From the NCBI GenBank assembly GCA_001769505.1, contig MEOF01000052.1:13557-77556 (forward strand): DNA of 64,000 nucleotides. Reading direction: 5' to 3'. The notes under the pieces are model-generated. The model was not told the origin of the DNA. It searched no databases and saw only the letters and a list, made by a program, of their open reading frames with translations. The position numbers and the translations under genes are program-made. The stretch's first letter is position 1. Every line of letters begins with the position of its first letter. Below are positions 57,961 through 64,000 of this stretch, one piece after another. The DNA is from Bacteroidetes bacterium GWF2_33_38. Its GTDB lineage: Bacteria > Bacteroidota > Bacteroidia > Bacteroidales > GWF2-33-38.

Positions 57961-58654
57961 TTCTTACTTCAGGTACCCTCCATTGAATCTGAATCCTAAA
58001 CAGGTAATTGTTTTCAATGGAATTAGGTACAGCATTGATATTGTAGAAATAGCATATGAGCGTCTCTGCAAAAACTTATATGATTTTGTATATTCTGAAA
58101 ACAAGCCTTCATTTCCTGTGATATTTTCAGAATGTTGGACTATTATTAACAGTGCTACTATTTTTATCAATCTTTCAATCAGACATTTTAAAATAGATAA
58201 AGAAAATTCTATTTGGGATGGTATTCGTGAAATAAAGGAACTGAGAAATACTAATCAACATCTTGATGAAAGAATTAATGAGGTTTTACTTGAGAATAAC
58301 CTTCCTATTTACGGGGCATTATCTTGGTATTCACAGGAACATTTAGATGCAAAAGAAGGTGTAATTACGACTATCATTTCTGGGTCGTTCACTGGTGACA
58401 CAAACCATATTGTGCTAAATCCCGCTGGAAAAAAGCTTAAAAATACAATATCGGGTATTGAGTTTTCTACAACTGCAAGAACTAAGAATGGATTTGAGAT
58501 AATAAAGGTTGATTTGGAAAAAATAATCAATCAAATCAAGCATGTGGTTAATTATTTTGATAATCAATTGGTACCTCAATTAATTGATGTTGACATCACC
58601 GATAGATACAAAGGGGATTTAGTTATAAGCATGTATGTCAATAAATTAATATAA
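57944..58654 (+). CDS. hypothetical protein with a HEPN-like Rx4H motif
   Basis: 236 aa. Overlaps the upstream gene by 17 nt. Contains ..IKELRNTNQHLDERI.. (R-N-x3-H) in a helical context. Confidence 0.4.
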   Translation: MIIKADSYFRYPPLNLNPKQVIVFNGIRYSIDIVEIAYERLCKNLYDFVYSENKPSFPVIFSECWTIINSATIFINLSIRHFKIDKENSIWDGIREIKELRNTNQHLDERINEVLLENNLPIYGALSWYSQEHLDAKEGVITTIISGSFTGDTNHIVLNPAGKKLKNTISGIEFSTTARTKNGFEIIKVDLEKIINQIKHVVNYFDNQLVPQLIDVDITDRYKGDLVISMYVNKLI

Positions 58655-58672
58655 AAATAAAAATTCAATTAT

Positions 58673-59083
58673 ATGTCAAATTTTATTACAAGCATTTTAT
58701 TCGCTAAATCAATAAAAAAGCACAAAAATCAGTTGCAAAAATTAAATTCTCAAGTAGCTACTTTAAAAGATGATAGCAAAAAACTTTATGATAAAACTCA
58801 AGAAGTATTATTAGATATTGAATGTCCTAAGAATCTTTTGGCAGAGAATTCGACAACACATACTCTACTTGGAATTGAAAAAGATAAAAATGAGAACAAT
58901 GTCTTTGTTTTCATTAATGATAAATCTCTTTTTAAGAAATACTATAGTTCTGGAATTAATCACTTTGACATAGAATGCTACATTTCAGATAAAAGAGAAT
59001 ATCTTAATCGTCGCAGAGTACTTCATCTCATGGGAAAGTATAAAACTGAAAAGGAGATATTTGATTTACCTCACAATCACTAA
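58673..59083 (+). CDS. hypothetical protein (last gene of the island)
   Basis: 136 aa. Its last 6 codons and stop overlap the 3' end of the convergent T9SS gene. No family recognised. Confidence 0.35.
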   Translation: MSNFITSILFAKSIKKHKNQLQKLNSQVATLKDDSKKLYDKTQEVLLDIECPKNLLAENSTTHTLLGIEKDKNENNVFVFINDKSLFKKYYSSGINHFDIECYISDKREYLNRRRVLHLMGKYKTEKEIFDLPHNH

Positions 59084-60862
59084 CTTACCACCATCGGTCA
59101 ACTCTCCATTATTAACTATTTTATAATAATAAATTCCTTGCTTTAAAGCTGAAATGTCTATTAACTGTTTTTCTGTTTTTAGCTCTGTGGTTAATACTTC
59201 TTTGCCAAACAAATCATACACTTCGACTACGCTCAGTGTCCGATTATCGTTTGCCGGATACTGATTACTGATTATCGTTAACTGCTCACTTGCAGGATTC
59301 GGATAAATCGTAAATCGCAAATCGTAATTCGTAATTTCTTTAGTGCTTACATCCAAAAATACCGTAATCGTATAATACGCCGTATCGCTGCAATAATCAT
59401 TATTTGTAATTAGCTGTACTGTTTTAATTCCGGTGTGTGTGTAGCTGTGCTGTGGAAACTGCTCTGTACTTGTGATTGTATCGCCAAAATCCCATTGCCA
59501 GTTTGTGCCGAAGTTACTTATTATGCCAAATTGTACTGTTGCCCCTTCGGTTAAATAAACTGTATCGGAATCTGCTGTTATTTCTGAATTTACTGTATAG
59601 CAGCTATACGACCAGCAACCTTCATAAGTTGTAGTATCAATAGTGCAGGTATTACCCATACTATCGGTTTTTAGCAACCATAAATCGTTTTTGGCAGGAA
59701 GTGAATTATTTATTATGTAGCCTGTGGCGATAAACCCACCATCGTTGGTAAGATTTAAATCTTCTACATAGGTCTGTTTTGTACCACCATAGTAATTGAA
59801 ACTTTTTGACCAAAGAGTATCCCCTTGCATGTTAAATTTTAAAAGCCATACACGGCGACCATTTGGTGTGCCTGATAAATCTGCTTTACCTCCTGCTACA
59901 ATATAAGAACCGTCTGATAACTGACGCACTATTTTAAAATATTCATTTAATCCTGTTGCTCCAAATGTTTTACTCCATTGCTGATTACCAGAACTGTCGG
60001 TTTTTACAATATATCCGTTGTAATAATTATCTGTCATTTTTTTGTCCCCTACAATTATATATCCTTTATCAGATGTAGCAATTGTAAAACCACGATATTC
60101 TTCTGCTGTTGTACCAAATGATTTTTTCCATTCCTGATTTCCCAAACTATCGGTTTTTAACAGGAACATATCATTTGAACTTGTTGAAGGGTTATAATAA
60201 TCGCCCCCAATTATAAATCCTCCATCGGCGGTTAAATCTATTGATTTCAGATTATCATTGTAATTGGCTGCTCCGTATTCTCTTTGCCATTGTATATTGC
60301 CGAGACTGTCAGTTTTTATTAGAAAAACATTTGAATAAGTTTGAGTTGCATCTAAATTAATTCCACCAATAATAAAACCCCCATCGGAGGTTTGTTTGTG
60401 CATAAATCCGTGGTCGCTAACTCCACCTTCTATTGTTTTAAAAGTTACTGAATCGCCATTTTCATTTAATGTAAATAAAAAAGTATCTGTATCTATATTT
60501 ACAGTATCAGGAATATCCCCACAAACAGAATAATAATTATTTGGTAATTGAATTATACTATATCCATCTTCACCATAACCTTGATACCAATCATACATTT
60601 TTGTCCATGTTGTATCTCCTTTTAAATCAATTTTGACAAAAAGTATTGCATAATAGTCGCCATAAATAATTCCAGACGATATATAACCACTATCTGAAGT
60701 TTGAATTATTGACCAGCCTCCATTAACTTGATTATTATAATCAACAAGCCGATGAAAGGCATATTGTGATTTACTTATATTTACTATTGTAAAAAACAAT
60801 ATTAAAATTACTAAAGATTTTTTCATAAAATATTGAATTAAGAAAGGTAGCTTTATTTTCAT
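59066..60862 (-). CDS. T9SS cargo protein, paralog 1: beta-propeller-like repeats + PKD-like domain + CTD
   Basis: ~50-aa repeats (..DGGFIIGG.....LLKTDSLGNxxW..), a PKD-like segment (WQWDFGDTITSTEQFPQHSYTHTG) and a CTD (IYPNPASEQLTI..VYDLFGKEV..GIYYYKI). Confidence 0.75.
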   Translation of the reverse strand: MKIKLPFLIQYFMKKSLVILILFFTIVNISKSQYAFHRLVDYNNQVNGGWSIIQTSDSGYISSGIIYGDYYAILFVKIDLKGDTTWTKMYDWYQGYGEDGYSIIQLPNNYYSVCGDIPDTVNIDTDTFLFTLNENGDSVTFKTIEGGVSDHGFMHKQTSDGGFIIGGINLDATQTYSNVFLIKTDSLGNIQWQREYGAANYNDNLKSIDLTADGGFIIGGDYYNPSTSSNDMFLLKTDSLGNQEWKKSFGTTAEEYRGFTIATSDKGYIIVGDKKMTDNYYNGYIVKTDSSGNQQWSKTFGATGLNEYFKIVRQLSDGSYIVAGGKADLSGTPNGRRVWLLKFNMQGDTLWSKSFNYYGGTKQTYVEDLNLTNDGGFIATGYIINNSLPAKNDLWLLKTDSMGNTCTIDTTTYEGCWSYSCYTVNSEITADSDTVYLTEGATVQFGIISNFGTNWQWDFGDTITSTEQFPQHSYTHTGIKTVQLITNNDYCSDTAYYTITVFLDVSTKEITNYDLRFTIYPNPASEQLTIISNQYPANDNRTLSVVEVYDLFGKEVLTTELKTEKQLIDISALKQGIYYYKIVNNGELTDGGKLVIVR

Positions 60863-60878
60863 AAAGCTACCTTAAAAT

Positions 60879-61760
60879 TTATTTAATAATTACAAACTGA
60901 TTCTGATACACTATAACATTATTATCTTTCACAACATAATGATAAACTCCATTTTCTAACTCCTTAGTTTTGATTACAATTTTATTATCATTACCTGTCA
61001 GAGTATGCTCAAATACTTTTCTACTAATATTATCATATATTTCAATAATACTTCCTGCATAATTACTCGCATTATATTCAAATACAATATTGTCTGAGGC
61101 AGGATTAGGGTAAAGATTAAATTCATTACTATTGTAATAAACATTGTTTGTTGACAGAGTATTGTTATTTACTTTTAAGCTGCGTACTGTTGCTGTATTA
61201 AATTTCAAAACAGGGTATTCAAATTGCTCGTCAAACACCGTTTCCAAAACAGCCAAAGCACTAAACGCAGTTGCAGTATTTCCAGATGCAATTGTTCTGA
61301 TAGCTTGTTCCTGTTCCTGTGTCAATTCAAATATTGTTTTGTTCTGTTCTGCCAAATTAATCAATATTGTCATATATTCATAATATGCAACAGCATCTTC
61401 TACCTTTTCGCTTTCTGCTGTATTCAATACTTCTACCAAAGCATCGGCACAGGCTGCATAATCATTATTCGACAGGTAAATTTCTGACAATAGTTTTTTA
61501 TCTTCGTAATTATCCGAAGTAATTAAAATACTCATTGCCTGTGCCGAATCACCATTAGTAAAGTAATAATCTACAGCAAAGTTATTCAATTGATTTATCT
61601 GTGCTTCATTATAAGCTATTTCTTTTTCGAGTGTTTCTCGTGCAGAGACTCCAATTGTCTGAACCACTGATTTACAAAGTTGATTTGTCTGATTTGCATG
61701 ATTTATACCATACAACCATACCATTATACACAAAATGATCATAGTTTTCATAAAAATCAT
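60879..61760 (-). CDS. T9SS-CTD protein, paralog 1 of the partner gene
   Basis: Helical N-terminal half. CTD reads LYPNPASDNIVFEY..IEIYDNISRKV..NGVYHYVV. Confidence 0.65.
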   Translation of the reverse strand: MIFMKTMIILCIMVWLYGINHANQTNQLCKSVVQTIGVSARETLEKEIAYNEAQINQLNNFAVDYYFTNGDSAQAMSILITSDNYEDKKLLSEIYLSNNDYAACADALVEVLNTAESEKVEDAVAYYEYMTILINLAEQNKTIFELTQEQEQAIRTIASGNTATAFSALAVLETVFDEQFEYPVLKFNTATVRSLKVNNNTLSTNNVYYNSNEFNLYPNPASDNIVFEYNASNYAGSIIEIYDNISRKVFEHTLTGNDNKIVIKTKELENGVYHYVVKDNNVIVYQNQFVIIK

Positions 61761-61780
61761 TCAAAAATCAGCGGTAAAGA

Positions 61781-63541
61781 CTACCTCACAATCACTAACT
61801 TACCACCATCGGTCAACTCTCCATTATTAACTATTTTATAATAATAAATTCCTTGCTTTAAAGCTGAAATGTCTATTAACTGTTTTTCTGTTATTAGTTC
61901 GGTTGTTAATACTTCTTTTCCAAACAAATTGTAAATTATTAGATTGCTTCGTGCCTCGCAATGACGTGCTGATGGGCTGCATGTTACCGTTAACTGCTCA
62001 CTTGCAGGATTCGGAAAAATTGTAAAATGGGCGTTTCGGCTACGCTCAACGACCATTTGAGAGCTTACATCCAAAAATACCGTAATTGTATAATACGCCG
62101 TATCACTGCAATAATCATTATTGGTGATTAGCTGCACGGTTTTAGTCCCGGTGTGTGTGTAGCTGTGCTGTGGAAACTGCTCTGTACTTGTGATTGTATC
62201 GCCAAAATCCCATTGCCAGCTTGTGCCAAAGTTACTAATTGTACCAAATTGTACTGTTGCTCCTTGTGTTAAGTAAACTGTATCGGAATCGGCTGTTATT
62301 TCTGAATTTACTGTATAGCAGCTATACGACCAGCAACCTTCATAAGTTGTAGTATCAATAGTGCAGGTATTACCCATACTATCGGTTTTTAAAAGCCACA
62401 AATCGTTTTTGGCAGGTAATGAGTTATTTATAATATAGCCTGTGGCTATAAATCCGCCATCGTTGGTGAGGTTTAAGTCTTCCATATAGGTATGTTTTGA
62501 ACCTCCATAGTAGTTATAAGTTTTTGACCATACTGTATCTCCTTGCTGATTGAGCTTTAATAACCATGCTTTCACTCCATTAGGTGTACCTGACAAATCA
62601 GGTTTCGTACCGCCTATAATATATGAACCATCAGGTAATTGACGCACCTGGTGAAAATAATCATTAACTCCTGGAGTATTTATTATTTTACTCCATTGTG
62701 TATTTCCTAAACTGTCTGTTTTTATAATATAGCCGTTAAATGTATTATCTGTTGTTTTTCTGCCTCCTACAATAATAAAACCTTTATCTAATGTTGATAT
62801 TGCAAATCCATCTCCTTCATCTACTGTAGTGCCGTAAGATTTTTCCCATTCCTGATTACCAAGACTATCAGTCTTTAACAAGAACATATCATACGAATTT
62901 GTTGACGGGTTTTCAAAATCACCACCAATTATATAGCCTCCATCGGGTGTTAAATCAATAGATTTTAGATAATCGTTATAGTTTGCTGCTCCGTATTCTT
63001 GTTGCCATTGTATATTTCCTAAACTATCAGCTTTTATTAAAAAAACCTGTGTATAGGTTGCTGTTGTATCATAATTGTAGCCACCAATTATAAAACCACC
63101 ATCTGTGGTTTGTTTGTGCATAATATGTCTGTCGTTAAAGCCCTCGTCAATTGGTTTTAACCATTCAACACTACCATTATTATCTAATTTTAATAAAAAC
63201 CCACTGGACGCTCCTTCTGTTGAATCAGCGGCAAATCCACTTATAATAAAGCTACCATCGCTTTTCTGAATAACTGATTTAGGTATATCTCCACCAACAG
63301 TGTAGAAATCGTGCATTATTGACCATGTTGTATCTCCATATTCATTTAATTTCAATATGTACATACCATCATAGTTTTCTAATGAACTACCTACAACAAT
63401 AAAAGTATTGTCTGATGCTTGAATAACTGAACGACCAGCATCATAAAAATAATTCTCAAACCCATACAATTTATGAAATGTAAATTGGGCACTACTAACC
63501 TTAAAAAAAGAAAGCAATAATATACAAAAAATAATTCTCAT
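61781..63541 (-). CDS. T9SS cargo protein, paralog 2 (beta-propeller-like repeats + PKD-like + CTD)
   Basis: Same architecture as 59066-60862. The C-terminal ~200 aa are nearly identical and the N-terminal half is diverged. Confidence 0.75.
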   Translation of the reverse strand: MRIIFCILLLSFFKVSSAQFTFHKLYGFENYFYDAGRSVIQASDNTFIVVGSSLENYDGMYILKLNEYGDTTWSIMHDFYTVGGDIPKSVIQKSDGSFIISGFAADSTEGASSGFLLKLDNNGSVEWLKPIDEGFNDRHIMHKQTTDGGFIIGGYNYDTTATYTQVFLIKADSLGNIQWQQEYGAANYNDYLKSIDLTPDGGYIIGGDFENPSTNSYDMFLLKTDSLGNQEWEKSYGTTVDEGDGFAISTLDKGFIIVGGRKTTDNTFNGYIIKTDSLGNTQWSKIINTPGVNDYFHQVRQLPDGSYIIGGTKPDLSGTPNGVKAWLLKLNQQGDTVWSKTYNYYGGSKHTYMEDLNLTNDGGFIATGYIINNSLPAKNDLWLLKTDSMGNTCTIDTTTYEGCWSYSCYTVNSEITADSDTVYLTQGATVQFGTISNFGTSWQWDFGDTITSTEQFPQHSYTHTGTKTVQLITNNDYCSDTAYYTITVFLDVSSQMVVERSRNAHFTIFPNPASEQLTVTCSPSARHCEARSNLIIYNLFGKEVLTTELITEKQLIDISALKQGIYYYKIVNNGELTDGGKLVIVR

Positions 63542-63589
63542 AATCTTATTAAATTAAAAAAGTAGCCTTTTGGAAAGGCTACTTTTAAG

Positions 63590-64000
63590 TTATTTTATAA
63601 TTACAAATTGATTTTGATACACTATAACATTATTATCTTTCACAACATAATGATAAACTCCATTCTCTAATTTTTTTGTATTAAATTCAATTTTGTTATC
63701 ATTGCCTGAAAGATTATATTCAATTACTTTTCTACTTAAATTATCATAAATTTCAATAATGCTTCCTGCATAATTACTCGCATTATATTCAAATACAATA
63801 TTGTCTGAGGCAGGATTAGGATAAAGTTTAAATTCATTATTATTGTAATAAACATTATTTGTTGGCAGAGTATTGTTATTTACTTTTAAGCTACGTGCTG
63901 TTGCTGTATTAAATTTCAAAACAGGATAATCAAATTGCTCGTCAAATACCGTTTCCAAAACCGCCAAAGCACTAAACGCAGTAGCCGTATTCCCTGATGC
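63590..64000 (-). CDS. T9SS-CTD protein, paralog 2 of the partner gene; 5' end beyond the window
   Basis: The frame stays open to the window edge. It aligns with the C-terminal part of 60879-61760 (AVLETVFDEQF.YPVLKFNTA..). Confidence 0.65.
   Translation of the reverse strand, partial: ASGNTATAFSALAVLETVFDEQFDYPVLKFNTATARSLKVNNNTLPTNNVYYNNNEFKLYPNPASDNIVFEYNASNYAGSIIEIYDNLSRKVIEYNLSGNDNKIEFNTKKLENGVYHYVVKDNNVIVYQNQFVIIK

Larger units (their letters stand above)
53236..59065. mobile_element. putative ~5.8 kb integrated element (large-serine-recombinase island) between tRNA-Ser and a T9SS cargo gene; boundaries approximate
   Basis: The recombinase gene sits at the tRNA-proximal end, next to a ~920-bp repeat-dense non-coding region and a phage-regulator/Abi-like cargo. 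ORFs at both ends run into flanking host sequence (tRNA + terminator on the left; the 3' end of the T9SS gene on the right). Confidence 0.6.

Noticed and set aside
59000-59100. Search for a direct repeat of the tRNA-Ser 3' end at the far island border (classic tyrosine-integrase tRNA island signature)
   Set aside because: None was seen by eye anywhere between 55065 and 59100. This is expected for a serine recombinase (2-bp crossover), so its absence was not taken as evidence against an island.

Overview
AT-rich (about 30% GC by eye) chromosomal segment, most likely from a Bacteroidota genome. Supporting signs are type IX secretion (T9SS) C-terminal sorting domains, CarboxypepD_reg/TonB-dependent receptors, a PorV-like gene and TAnnTTTG -7 promoter boxes. 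Most of the window is housekeeping (thyA, ruvC, greA, ahcY, ribF, nadC, queG, apbE, htpG, HU, tRNA-Ser). Four accessory regions stand out. (1) 5.1-10.4 kb holds a compact type V-A CRISPR-Cas12a locus: cas12a, then an IS200/RAYT-like HUH transposase gene flanked by REP-like palindromes, then a 5-repeat/4-spacer array. No cas4/cas1/cas2 lies in the window. The module is bracketed by 53-nt imperfect direct repeats exactly 5,200 bp apart, and the left copy is a pseudo-3' end of the neighbouring LytTR gene, so the locus looks like an inserted cassette. (2) 53.1-59.1 kb is a roughly 5.9 kb island next to tRNA-Ser(UGA). It carries a large serine recombinase, an XRE-ImmA fusion, a DUF4248-like HTH, an AbiV-like HEPN protein, a second Rx4H HEPN-like protein and a small unknown ORF, which together look like a candidate mobile abortive-infection/defence cassette. 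(3) 0.5-1.2 kb is an MNT/HEPN toxin-antitoxin pair. (4) 59-64 kb is a tandemly duplicated two-gene T9SS-cargo cassette with mosaic divergence. All calls come from reading the sequence and the ORF track; no database searches were run.
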